From an uncultured Planctomycetaceae bacterium (lineage in GTDB: Bacteria > Planctomycetota > Planctomycetia > Isosphaerales > Isosphaeraceae): 64,000 nucleotides of DNA. The notes beneath the pieces were generated by a model. It searched no databases. It was not told the DNA's origin and was given only the letters and a program-made list of their open reading frames with translations. A program made the position numbers and the translations under genes. This document shows positions 1 through 9,946 of the stretch, piece after piece; position 1 is the stretch's first letter; every line of letters starts with the position of its first letter. The stretch is taken from assembly GCA_963833985.1 (NCBI GenBank), contig CAWIAD010000002.1:608001-672000 (forward strand), read 5' to 3'.

Positions 1-2275
1 ATCGTCGACAGGCTCCAGGAACAGTCACTCGACGCGGCAGAGACCATCGTCGCCTGGCTCAAGCCCAAACCGCCCGCGGACTCAGCGGGCAAGCTCTCGA
101 AATCCGCGTCCACACCCGCCCAGGACGGCCAGGGCAATCTCGGCGTGCAGGGGGGGAGCTACCAGATCCAGCGCTTGCTCGCCATTCGCGACGTGCACCT
201 GCTCGCACCCTCCAAGAACCTGAGTGCCCGCGATCGTCTTGAGGCTGACTTCAAGGAACAGCCCCGACCGCGGCTTGTCGCCTCCAGCACCGCCCCGGCT
301 TCTGTTCAGCCAGCCAGCGACAACCCACGCGCACCGGCCGCGGAAGACGGAGCACAACCGGGTACGACCGAGGATGCAGCGCAGCAAACTCCGAAGCCGT
401 CGGAACCCGCCATGCTGGCCCGGGCGAACCGCGTGGAGGCCAGCATCGTCATCGACGCCGACAGTCCATCGGGCGGAGCCAGGAACTCGAGCACCTCCAG
501 AACGAATCATCGAGCGGGCTCTGCATCTCCGGGTGAGCCTGGCTCGAATTACGAGGTCCGCGACCTGCGTCTCTTCGGCGCGGTCAGCTTGCATCAGGAT
601 CCATCGCCCGGCAAGACCAAGGGCCAGGACGCCATTGGAGAAACGCTGATCCTGCACAACGAAGGACCGGGCAAAGCGGTCTTCAACCTCTATCACCGCG
701 ACCCGCGTGCCGCCAAGAGTCTTCCCACGGCGACATCCGCAAGCTCGATCACGCCCGCCCGTGTCAGTAACGAGGACATGACCATCGAGGGCGAGGTGAT
801 CGGCATGAACCAGATCACCGATCAGGCCTGGGCCTACGGACCGGGCAAGCTGATCCAGTTCACCGATCGCGGACTTCTCTCTGACAAGGCGGAGAATGAA
901 GACGCCAGGACATCCGGAGAGCTCGATCAGGACGGCGGCCAGGGCCAGCGCCTGAGAGCGAAGTCGTCATCCGGAATCAAGGAATCGCAGACCGTCAAGT
1001 CGAAGCCCAGGACCCGCGCCGGCAAGCCGCTGGCCGAGAAGGTCCCCCTCGAGATCACCTGGGGAGAGAAGATGCTCTTCTACGGCCGGTCGGTTGATCC
1101 CGACGGCCGGCCGGCCGCCAGGGCCGAGTTCTACAAGAACGCCCGCGCCGAGATGGAAGACGGCCTGCTCTACTGCACCAAGCTCATGACGACCTACACG
1201 GACAGGCCCGTCCCGCTTGCCGAGCTGGGCAAGATGAGCCCGGCGCGGCCCGGCGCCACGGCGAAGTCCGGGACGGGATCGTGCGCAGGGCGAGAAGTCC
1301 AGGGAGCCCGCCGAGCCCAAGCCGGACCTGGCACTGATTGACCTGGTTGGCAATGCTCTGGCGATCAGCCGCAAGGTGGATCCCGACCGGCCGGTCCTGC
1401 TCAGCTTGCAGAAGGTCACCAGTCCACACCTGATCTACGACCGGCGGACCGGTAACTTCCAGAGCCCCGTCCCGGGCATGGTTTACCTCTACGATCGAGG
1501 AAACGACCCCGCCAGCCCCGACGGCCCCCAGTCCGGCGCGGGTTCCGGAAGTGGAAATACTGCCGGCAATCGCCAGCGGATCCGGCCCGTGTCCGGTAAG
1601 CCCGGCGACAAGCAAGGCGGTAAGAAGCCAATCCCGCCCCTGGTGCTGACCCAGATCAAGTTCAGCCGCGAGATGAAAGGCCGGCTTGGAACGGGAAAGA
1701 CCACCGACAAGTACGAGACGCGGTGGGCAGATTTCTTCGGCGACATCGAGGCTGCCCGCACGAAGGTGGCCAGCGAGCGGGAATCGATCAGAAGCTTCGA
1801 CCACCTGCCTCCTGACAGCTATTTCCTCACCTCGCAGACGATGCGCGTGGTGAGCGAGCCTCCGGCGCCGGGCGCAGCAGCCAATGCGCAGGCACGCAAT
1901 TTCCTGAAGGCGTGGGAGAACGCCTACGCCTCCACCTCGGACACGATCATCCAGGCCGACGAGATCACGTATGACTCGCTCAACGACCTGATCTATGCCA
2001 ACGCCCTGGACGGCCGTATGGTCAACGTCATGCAGCAGGCTGCGCCCGGGCAGCCCGGCTCACCCATGCGCGCCGAGGCTGTACGCGTTAACCCCAAGAC
2101 AGGCGCTGCCGTCGTGATCGGTCCTAACGACCTCCAGATGCTCGACAAGCGAACGGGAACGCGCCCGGGCGTCGTGGCCCCGCCCGATCCGAACGCCAAA
2201 CCGCCGAAGCGGCCCAAGAGCCACTATCGCCCGCCGCCCAGCAACGTCGAGCGGCGCGGCTTCACGGGACGCTGA
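1..2275 (+). CDS. Large hypothetical protein (5' end outside window), possibly LptA/LptD-like; frameshift near 1285
   Basis: Frame 1 is open from base 1 to 1341. A second frame reads EKSREPAEPKPDLALIDLVGNALAISRKVD into ORF 1376..2275. 'IQADEITYDS' resembles OstA-type strands (weak). Confidence 0.55.
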
Positions 2276-2403
2276 TTTTCGGGGTGAGCCCTGCCGGGTT
2301 CTGACTCGGTCACCCGCCGGCGATCAACGCCGGCCGCCTCAGCGCCACGGGACGAGTCCGAGCGCACGGCCACGCAGCAATCCGGTCAATACCCATCGTC
2401 GAA

Positions 2404-3540
2404 TCAGTACCCATCGTCGGATATTGCCGCGCTGGCACCCGGGGCGGACAAGCCGGGCTGGACTGAGCCATACCGCTTGTGCCAACCCTCGGCAGCGCGG
2501 GCCGTCGTCAGTTCCTCCCGGCTGAAACCGTAGCGCGCGAACCAGGGCGTGCCGCGTGCCCGCACGAGGGAATCGACCTCGCTGAGACGCTGGCGAGCGG
2601 TTATCTCCGCGAATCGCGTTCGACTGGCGGCCGTTCGCTCCAGAAAGTACTCCTTCCAGAACGCGCGCCCTCCCAGGATTCCGGACGCCCCCACCGCGAG
2701 CGCCATCTCCACCTGTCTGAGGTAATCGGAATAATCCACGCCTGAAGAGAGCAGCACCCAGGGGCGTTCGCTGGCGGCGTCAAGTGCGTGCAGGTTATTC
2801 TCGAACTGCTCCTCTGACTGGCGGCCGAGCGTGCCTGGAAACTCCGACTTGTAGATGTCGCAGAACCGGCTCAGTTGCCTTGCCGCCTCGATCACCGACT
2901 GCGGCTTGCGGTCCAGATAGCTATCATCGGTCTTCTTCTCGCCGCCAAACGGGAACGATACGGTTTCCAGAAGCAGCAAGATATCGTGCTTCTTGCATTC
3001 GTGGTAAACATGTTCGACGAGCTGGAACTGGTTCTCGGCCGAGTTCGGCTCGGTCGGCTCGAACTGGGCCAGCAGTTTGACGGCGTCTGCGCCCATGCGC
3101 TTGATCTTGGCGACGCTCCAGCCGGGCTCCACGGCCGCCATGGGCGCACCCTGCTGGTTCTTGGGGCTGTTCGACATCTCGTACCGCACCAGCAGCCCGG
3201 TATGGGGTGGGATGGCCTCTGACGCGATTGCCGAGAACGCACCGTAGTAAGCGTCGATCAGCACGGCCGATGCCGCCGGGGCCAGCGCGCGCATGATGTC
3301 GAGCTTGGCATCGACGATTTCATCGTAGGTGGGCTCGCGACTCTCGCCCGCGGAGCGTAAAGCGCGTGTTGCCATCTCGATGACCGAGCTGTTCTGATCG
3401 AGTGCCAGCATCGTCAGCGTCCCGTCGGGATTGCTGATACGCTGCAATCCACGAAGCTTGCCCGGGGTCAAGTCCTTGCCCAGCAGGGCCGTTGCGCCGA
3501 GACGGCTTGCACTTTGGATCGGAGTCATGGGAAGGCTCAT
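2404..3540 (-). CDS. lacD: Tagatose-1,6-bisphosphate aldolase family (LacD-like class I aldolase)
   Basis: MLALDQ, WSVAKIKRMGADAVKLL, DIYKSEFPG (Schiff-base Lys), PWVLLSSGV, GRAFWKE motifs. Confidence 0.8.
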   Translation of the reverse strand: MSLPMTPIQSASRLGATALLGKDLTPGKLRGLQRISNPDGTLTMLALDQNSSVIEMATRALRSAGESREPTYDEIVDAKLDIMRALAPAASAVLIDAYYGAFSAIASEAIPPHTGLLVRYEMSNSPKNQQGAPMAAVEPGWSVAKIKRMGADAVKLLAQFEPTEPNSAENQFQLVEHVYHECKKHDILLLLETVSFPFGGEKKTDDSYLDRKPQSVIEAARQLSRFCDIYKSEFPGTLGRQSEEQFENNLHALDAASERPWVLLSSGVDYSDYLRQVEMALAVGASGILGGRAFWKEYFLERTAASRTRFAEITARQRLSEVDSLVRARGTPWFARYGFSREELTTARAAEGWHKRYGSVQPGLSAPGASAAISDDGY

Positions 3541-3958
3541 TTCCGTCGGCCAGGAGAACTTCGTCGAACAACAAAGCGCATTCTAACCGATACAGCCGCG
3601 CCGCCGCAGGGGTGCCGGGGAGATCACATGTCAGGGAGGATTGGCAGACAGAAGGTCGACGACCGGCGCGCCGGGAGGATTGCGAATCGCGGGTTCGGAC
3701 CTTATGATGGGGGTCGGCTCGATCGGTACCGTCTGTCCAAAGCCTGGGCTCGGCGGGTCGAGTCTGGGCGCTCAAGCCTCACGGCGCGAGCGTTCCCTCG
3801 CGACTGTGTCCGGGTGCGCTCGATCAAGGGGCCGGCACCTGGACCAAGATGGCGATAGACCATCTTGATCGCATCCATTCAGAACGCGGACCCGCTGATG
3901 GCGTCCGCCCCCAGCGAGGGACGGCCACGGCGAACCGCACTTCGGAGCGTCTCCAATC

Positions 3959-5023
3959 ATGGCGACCCCCTTTAGCGACCTGCTCGGTGCCGAGGCTGAC
4001 AGCCTGCTCAATCACGTTTGTAAGACCATCCCCAAGCAGTCGCTGCATCTGCCAGGCCCTGACTTTGTTGACCAGGTGTTCGTCCCCAGTGACCGCAACC
4101 CCCGCGTCCTGAACAACCTCCAGCGTATGTTCGGCACCGGCCGCCTGGCCGGAACCGGCTACCTATCCATCCTGCCCGTCGATCAGGGTATCGAACACTC
4201 AGGCGGTGCCAGCTTCGCCAAGAACCCTGCTTACTTCGATCCCGAGAACATCGTCAAGCTCGCCCTGGAGGGGGGATGCAACGCGGTCGCCAGCACCTTC
4301 GGCGTGCTTGGATTCGCTGCCCGCAAGTACGCACACAAGATCCCGTTCCTGGTGAAGATCAACCACAACGAGCTTCTGACCTTTCCCAACCAGTTCAATC
4401 AAGTCCTCTTCGGGACCGTCAAGGAAGCATATGACATGGGTGCCTCCGCGGTCGGGGCCACCATCTACTTCGGCTCGGATCAGAGCACCCGGCAGCTCGT
4501 CGAGATCGCCGAGGCCTTCGCACTGGCTCACGAACTGGGCATGGCCACGGTGCTCTGGTGCTACCTGCGGAACAGCGCCTTCAAGAAGGACAAGGATTAT
4601 CACGTCGCGGCCGACCTCACCGGCCAGGCCAATCACCTGGGCGTCACGATCCAGGCCGACATCATCAAGCAGAAACTGCCCGAAAACAACGGCGGCTTCA
4701 AGGCGCTGAACATGGGCGGTTCGAGCTATGGCAAGCTCGACGAGCGGATGTACACGGAGCTCTGCACGGACCACCCGATTGACCTGTGCCGTTACCAGGT
4801 CGCCAACTGCTACATGGGCCGGGCCGGCCTGATCAATTCGGGCGGTGCCAGCGGCAAGAACGACATGGCCGAGGCGGTGAAGACCTCCGTCATCAACAAG
4901 CGTGCCGGCGGCATGGGCCTGATCTCGGGCCGGAAGGCATTCCAGCGCCCGATGGCCGAGGGCATCAAGCTGCTGAACGCCATCCAGGACGTCTACCTCG
5001 ACGCATCGATCACGGTGGCGTGA
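3959..5023 (+). CDS. fbaB: Class I fructose-bisphosphate aldolase
   Basis: [57 protein letters not shown]. Confidence 0.95.
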   Translation: MATPFSDLLGAEADSLLNHVCKTIPKQSLHLPGPDFVDQVFVPSDRNPRVLNNLQRMFGTGRLAGTGYLSILPVDQGIEHSGGASFAKNPAYFDPENIVKLALEGGCNAVASTFGVLGFAARKYAHKIPFLVKINHNELLTFPNQFNQVLFGTVKEAYDMGASAVGATIYFGSDQSTRQLVEIAEAFALAHELGMATVLWCYLRNSAFKKDKDYHVAADLTGQANHLGVTIQADIIKQKLPENNGGFKALNMGGSSYGKLDERMYTELCTDHPIDLCRYQVANCYMGRAGLINSGGASGKNDMAEAVKTSVINKRAGGMGLISGRKAFQRPMAEGIKLLNAIQDVYLDASITVA

Positions 5024-5263
5024 CCGGAGATCCGAGGGTTCACCCCGCACGTCAGCGAACGGCGCGCGGGTAAAACGCTTCAGAGCGGAACCCTCACGCG
5101 CCGATATAATCCATGTCGGTGGGAGAAATACCGACCCGGTCAGGGATGACCGAGCCAAAAGGCCCCAGAGAGCGGTCGCCTCCAGGGAAGGATTGGCGGC
5201 TGGGGGCCGTAGGGCCAGGGAAGGCCCTGCAACCTTCTCGCTTATGGTCCCGGCCGGTTGAAC

Positions 5264-5854
5264 CTAACCGGCCGGTGGATTGCTGCCCACCCTGAGCGCA
5301 TTGCGCGCCCCGACGCCAATCAGGACGCGGCTCCCGTCCTGGAGCGATCGCTCAAAGAAAAAGAGCTGGGTGATCGGAGTCTTCACCAGTGTCGAGAACT
5401 CTTTCTTGCCCTGCCGGAGCAAGCTGCACCGCAAGTGCACCTTACCGTTCTCATCGGCGGGGCGAACCAGCACGGTTTCCGCCCTGTATCCGTTTCCCAG
5501 GTCGCAGTGGATTCTTTGCGCGGTTTCAAGCCGCTTGCTCTGCACGTCCAGCAGCTTGAATCCGTAACCTGGCAAAAGTTTCCGCAACTCAGCCTGGACC
5601 GGGGCGAGACGAGGATCGACTGCGGCCTGCTGCGGCGTCGCGAGGATCGCGAAGACCGTGACCTGGCGAGCGCCCTCATCAGCGGAACTCTTGAACTTCG
5701 GTTGTGAAGGGGCCTGCGCCTCTCCAGACCCTGGCACCTGTCCCATGACCGGTCCGGAACTGGCGGGCAGGGCGTACCGCATGACCAGCAGCGCTGCGAT
5801 CTGCAAGGTCGTCGATTGCCAGCCTGAGAATCGCCTTGACTTCGCAGCCACCAC
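5264..5854 (-). CDS. Hypothetical exported protein, third gene of the ECF sigma operon
   Basis: 196-aa ORF starting 3 nt after the anti-sigma stop; hydrophobic N-terminal segment. Confidence 0.6.
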   Translation of the reverse strand: MVAAKSRRFSGWQSTTLQIAALLVMRYALPASSGPVMGQVPGSGEAQAPSQPKFKSSADEGARQVTVFAILATPQQAAVDPRLAPVQAELRKLLPGYGFKLLDVQSKRLETAQRIHCDLGNGYRAETVLVRPADENGKVHLRCSLLRQGKKEFSTLVKTPITQLFFFERSLQDGSRVLIGVGARNALRVGSNPPAG

Positions 5855-5857
5855 GGC

Positions 5858-6500
5858 TCACTCCGTCATCGCGACGACCGTGCTGGCCGACTCGACGCGG
5901 TTGAAGAACACGTACCAGGGATCCTCTCCGTTGGGCGCCTCGGACAGCGACAGATCGAGGATCTTCACCGTTGACCCTTCGGAGCGAATCAGGACCACCT
6001 GCCCGGCTTCCACATCCACCACGGGGTCAAGGATGGGAACTGGGGTTTGCTGTACCACCTGGAGAACTGGATCCGGTTCGGGAGCAGGAGCGACGCCTGG
6101 GGTGGAGTTCCAGTAGAGGTTCACCGCGAGCAGGAGAGCGGCCGCCTGAGCCAGGCCAACCAGACCGATGGCGGCCGCACCACGCCACACTGGAAAGCGT
6201 CTCGATCGCCGCAATTCGGCTGCTTCTGTGCTGGGAGTCACCGGCCTGGTGCGGAGGCTCGGAGTCTTTGCCACGGGCACTGGCGAGTTGTCCAGCCGGG
6301 CAGAGACCGCCGACCAGAGATGGTCCCAGGTTTCCGTCGAGGGATCGGCGGGACGGGTCGCTTCCCACATATCGTCGAAACAGTCCGCATGCTTGGCCCA
6401 TTGCGCAATCAGAGCAGTGGGAGAGGTGGTGCGCCAGCCGTTCTTGATTGCGCTCAACCGCCGCCAATCGCAGTTCACGCATGGCTTCATCACACTGCAT
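5858..6500 (-). CDS. Zinc-binding membrane anti-sigma factor; frameshift near 6405
   Basis: MQCDEA...HLSHCSDC (HxxxCxxC) in one frame, continuing QWAKHADCFDD with a transmembrane segment in another; directly downstream of the ECF sigma gene. Confidence 0.75.
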
Positions 6501-6575
6501 GGGAACCTTCCTCTCCAATCAAACTCCGCCCATTCCATTCCTGTCGCCGAGACTTCAACTCTTCCGGCGGCATAC

Positions 6576-7163
6576 CTAGCCCAGGCCTTTGAGTTTTTCC
6601 CAGTCCAGATTTCTCTGCAACTTCTCTCGTGCACTATTGATCCGGCTCATGACCGTACCGATGGGAATTTCTTGCGTCTCGGCGATTTCCTTATAACTCA
6701 GTCCCAGCTCCGCGAACAGGATGAAGGTCGCCCGGATTTTCGGACTCAGGCGATTCAGGGCGTTCTCGAGGGTCTGCCGTAATTCCTGACGCGTCAGGCC
6801 ATGAGTCGGGTCATCGCGGATGGCCGGTTCCGTGAGATCGTTGCCCCTGCCACCAAGGCTGAAGATCACCCGTCGCTGGCGGCGACGGCCCAGGTCGAGC
6901 GCCGTGTTGGCAACAATCCGCAGCAGCCAGTATCGAAACCCGCTCCGGCCATCAAAATCAGCCAGTCCCAGAAACGCCTTGATCAGAGATTCCTGCACCA
7001 CGTCCAGAGCGTCTTGCTCGTGCCCCAGGAGGCGGTAAGCAACCCGGTAGGCGTCACCTCGATAGCGTTCGAACAGTTCTTCGCAAGCACCGGGGTCTCG
7101 CTCCCGAGCACGCTCTACCAGAGTCTCGTCGGGCGTCTGCACGCTGGGGGGAGCCTCGGGCAT
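6576..7163 (-). CDS. ECF RNA polymerase sigma-70 factor
   Basis: DALDVVQESLIKAF, FRYWLLRIVANTALD (region 2); GLSYKEIAETQEIPIGTVMSRINSAR (region 4). Confidence 0.93.
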   Translation of the reverse strand: MPEAPPSVQTPDETLVERARERDPGACEELFERYRGDAYRVAYRLLGHEQDALDVVQESLIKAFLGLADFDGRSGFRYWLLRIVANTALDLGRRRQRRVIFSLGGRGNDLTEPAIRDDPTHGLTRQELRQTLENALNRLSPKIRATFILFAELGLSYKEIAETQEIPIGTVMSRINSAREKLQRNLDWEKLKGLG

Positions 7164-7287
7164 ACCATCACCTATTCTTCAGGACGTTGCAAATCCCTGT
7201 CCTATTCGTTTTCCCCCCGGGAGCCGGCCCCGATCTGTCTCCAGAATTCCATTCCACCACACGGCTTCCGTTCCAGGCCAGTCCATT

Positions 7288-8178
7288 TCAGCCGGGTTCG
7301 GAAGTGCCGGCGGCAAAGTCGCAGATCGCGCGGGCCAGGGTTTGGGCGTACTCTCCAAAGATCATCGTGATGTGGTTGCCGGGAACGGCAAGGTAGCGGC
7401 ATGCCTTCAGCGCACGGGCAGTCGACTGGGCATGTTCCGGCAGCAAGAATGGGGGCGAGCCAGCGGAACCAAAGGGTTCCGTGGCATTGACCAGGAGCAC
7501 GGGTTGATGGATGGACGCGACGATTCCTGGCCAGTCCTCGGCCAGCACTCCTTCCACCGCCGCCAGGATCGCCTCTGGCTTCACGAGCTGACGGACTGTT
7601 CCATCCTCGGCGATCTGGACATAGCTCTTGAAATATCGCTCCAGCCCGGTCTGCCAGCGGCCAAGGAGATAGGGCAACTGCTGTACGGCGGTGAGGTACG
7701 CCTGCCACGAGGACACCACCACGCCCAGGCTGGCCAGCATCGGCCGCAGGACCTCACGCGTCTCCGGTGTGGCCACGGCCGGCGCGGCATCCAGAACCAC
7801 AATCCGCTCGAATCGACCGGGATGATTTGCGGCCAGGTACAGCGTCAGCATGCCTCCGAACGAATGACCGACCAGGACAACCTTGTGCAGCTCGAGCGCG
7901 TCGAGCAAGCCGAGCACATCCGCCGCATGGTCGGCCATGGTGTAGTTGGCGGCGGGCCGCAGCGCATCGAAGCCCGCCGCTGGTGCGTCGCTCTCGCCCC
8001 GTCCGCGCAGGTCGATCGCGATCACTCGAAACTTCGGGCTCAGGCCGGCTTCCACCAGGTCCTGGAACATGGACGCGGTTGCCGAGAGGCCGGGCAAGAG
8101 CACCAGCGCGGGGCTGCCTCCGGGAAACTCCAGGTAGTGGACCCGAACCCCGCCGGCTGTTGCGAAATGGCCTGTCAT
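7288..8178 (-). CDS. Alpha/beta hydrolase
   Basis: DLRGRGES, GHSFGG nucleophile elbow, C-terminal GNH; overlaps the stop of the upstream ligase. Confidence 0.9.
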   Translation of the reverse strand: MTGHFATAGGVRVHYLEFPGGSPALVLLPGLSATASMFQDLVEAGLSPKFRVIAIDLRGRGESDAPAAGFDALRPAANYTMADHAADVLGLLDALELHKVVLVGHSFGGMLTLYLAANHPGRFERIVVLDAAPAVATPETREVLRPMLASLGVVVSSWQAYLTAVQQLPYLLGRWQTGLERYFKSYVQIAEDGTVRQLVKPEAILAAVEGVLAEDWPGIVASIHQPVLLVNATEPFGSAGSPPFLLPEHAQSTARALKACRYLAVPGNHITMIFGEYAQTLARAICDFAAGTSEPG

Positions 8179-9707
8179 GGACCACCGTACACTTTCTGAA
8201 GCAGAGCTCTGTCGGTCTTGCCAGCCGCGGTTCTTGGTAAGGTCTCGGCAAGGACAACACGTTTCGGCAGCTTGTACCGGGCCAGATGCCGGGCCCCATA
8301 GGTGAGCAGCTCGCTGGGCTCCAGCGGCGCGCCGGGTCGCCGCACGACCACCGCCAGTGGAGCTTCGCCCCAGCGCTCGTCCGGTACGCCGACGAGCGCG
8401 ACCTCGGCGACGGCCGGATGCGCGGCCAGGACGGCTTCAACCTCGGCCGGGTAGATGTTCTCGCCCCCGGAGATGATCACATCTTTCAGACGGCCGACGA
8501 TGAAGTGATATCCCTCGGCATCGCGTCGGGCCAGATCGCCGGTGTGCAGCCACCCGTCGCGAACGGCCCGGGCAGACTCCTCGGGCCGGTTCCAGTACCC
8601 GGCGCAGACGTGCGGCCCGCGTATCCGCAGTTCACCAACTTCATCCGGCGCACACTCCCGGTCATGGGCATCGACGACCTTGACATCCACATGAAGCAGC
8701 GGGAAGCCCACCGAGCCCGGTTTGCGCTGAACGTCCTGATCCGGAAGCCAGAACGTGTTCGGCCCGGCCTCCGTCAGTCCGTAGCCGCTCTTGAACGCAA
8801 CGCCGCGGTCCCAGAACTTCTGGAAAATCGAAGGCGGGCACGGCGCACCGCCGCTGATCACAAGCTTGAGGCGGGAGAAATCCGCAAGCGGCCACCGGGG
8901 ATGCTGCTGGAGTGACTGGAACATCGATGGGACGCCGAAGTAAACCGTCACACCGGCGTGGTCCAGCAGGTCGAAGACCTGGTCGGGATCGAACCGCCGG
9001 CATACGATCGACGTGCCACCGATCTTCACCAAGGGCGCCGTGAAGACGTTCAGGCCGCCTGTATGGAAGAGCGGGGCGCTCAGAATGGTCACGTCATCCG
9101 GGGCGAGACCCCAGCTCAGCACGGTATTCATCGCGTTCCAGGTGATGTTCCCATGAGTCAGGACGGCGAGCTTGGGAGTCCCTGTCGATCCCCCGGTCGA
9201 GCAGAGGACCCATGGATCGTCCCAGTCCAGCTCGATCTCTGGCAGATTGGCATCGCTCAGCCCTTCGCAATCCTCCAGGCTGGGATCGCCCGGAACCGCG
9301 CTTTCGGCCGCGCTGAGAGCCAGCCGCTTGCGGGCGTTCCGGCGGCCCGGGCAAAGCTCCCGGGCCTGGTCGGCGAACTCTGGACCGTAAGCCAGGATGG
9401 TGGGCGCGGCCTCGTGGATCAGTCCGCTCAGCTCCGCAATCGTCAGCCGCCAGTTGAGCGTCTGCAAGATCGCGCCCAGCTTGCCGCAGGCGAACCAGAG
9501 GTCGAGGTAGGCGGCGCCGTTTTCCGCCAGAACCGCGACACGTGCGCCCTTGCCCACTCCCAGAGATTGCAGCAGCCGCGCCAGACGGTTCGCGCCGGCG
9601 TTCCACTGCCGGTAGGTGATAGCCCGATCGCCGCCCGTGGTATCCACGAGCGCCCGCTTCTCAGGCGTGAGTGCGGCCCGACGCCCCAACCAGTCGCCGA
9701 GGAACAC
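8175..9707 (-). CDS. Long-chain acyl-CoA ligase (AMP-binding family)
   Basis: STGGSTGTPK, GYGLTEAGP, GWLHTGDLA, ISGGENIYPAEVE, LPRTAAGK; probable GTG start at 9707 with GGAG RBS. Confidence 0.9.
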   Translation of the reverse strand: MFLGDWLGRRAALTPEKRALVDTTGGDRAITYRQWNAGANRLARLLQSLGVGKGARVAVLAENGAAYLDLWFACGKLGAILQTLNWRLTIAELSGLIHEAAPTILAYGPEFADQARELCPGRRNARKRLALSAAESAVPGDPSLEDCEGLSDANLPEIELDWDDPWVLCSTGGSTGTPKLAVLTHGNITWNAMNTVLSWGLAPDDVTILSAPLFHTGGLNVFTAPLVKIGGTSIVCRRFDPDQVFDLLDHAGVTVYFGVPSMFQSLQQHPRWPLADFSRLKLVISGGAPCPPSIFQKFWDRGVAFKSGYGLTEAGPNTFWLPDQDVQRKPGSVGFPLLHVDVKVVDAHDRECAPDEVGELRIRGPHVCAGYWNRPEESARAVRDGWLHTGDLARRDAEGYHFIVGRLKDVIISGGENIYPAEVEAVLAAHPAVAEVALVGVPDERWGEAPLAVVVRRPGAPLEPSELLTYGARHLARYKLPKRVVLAETLPRTAAGKTDRALLQKVYGGP

Positions 9708-9946
9708 AGGAGGCTTCTCCGGATTCTTCGCACCATTCCGATCCCTGGATTGTCGACGATCCGCGACCCCCGCGAAAGGCGCTTCTGCGCCGTGTTTCCC
9801 TGCCCGGCACAAGCCGGTTCGCTTTTCCCGCAAGCGGTGCGATCGATGGACCATTGTCAACGCCGCGCGCCGCGCATCGCCCTGGTTCCTACACTTTGAT
9901 CTTGTACGCGACGTGCTCGAAAAAAGGAAACGAAGTAAACAGGGAA

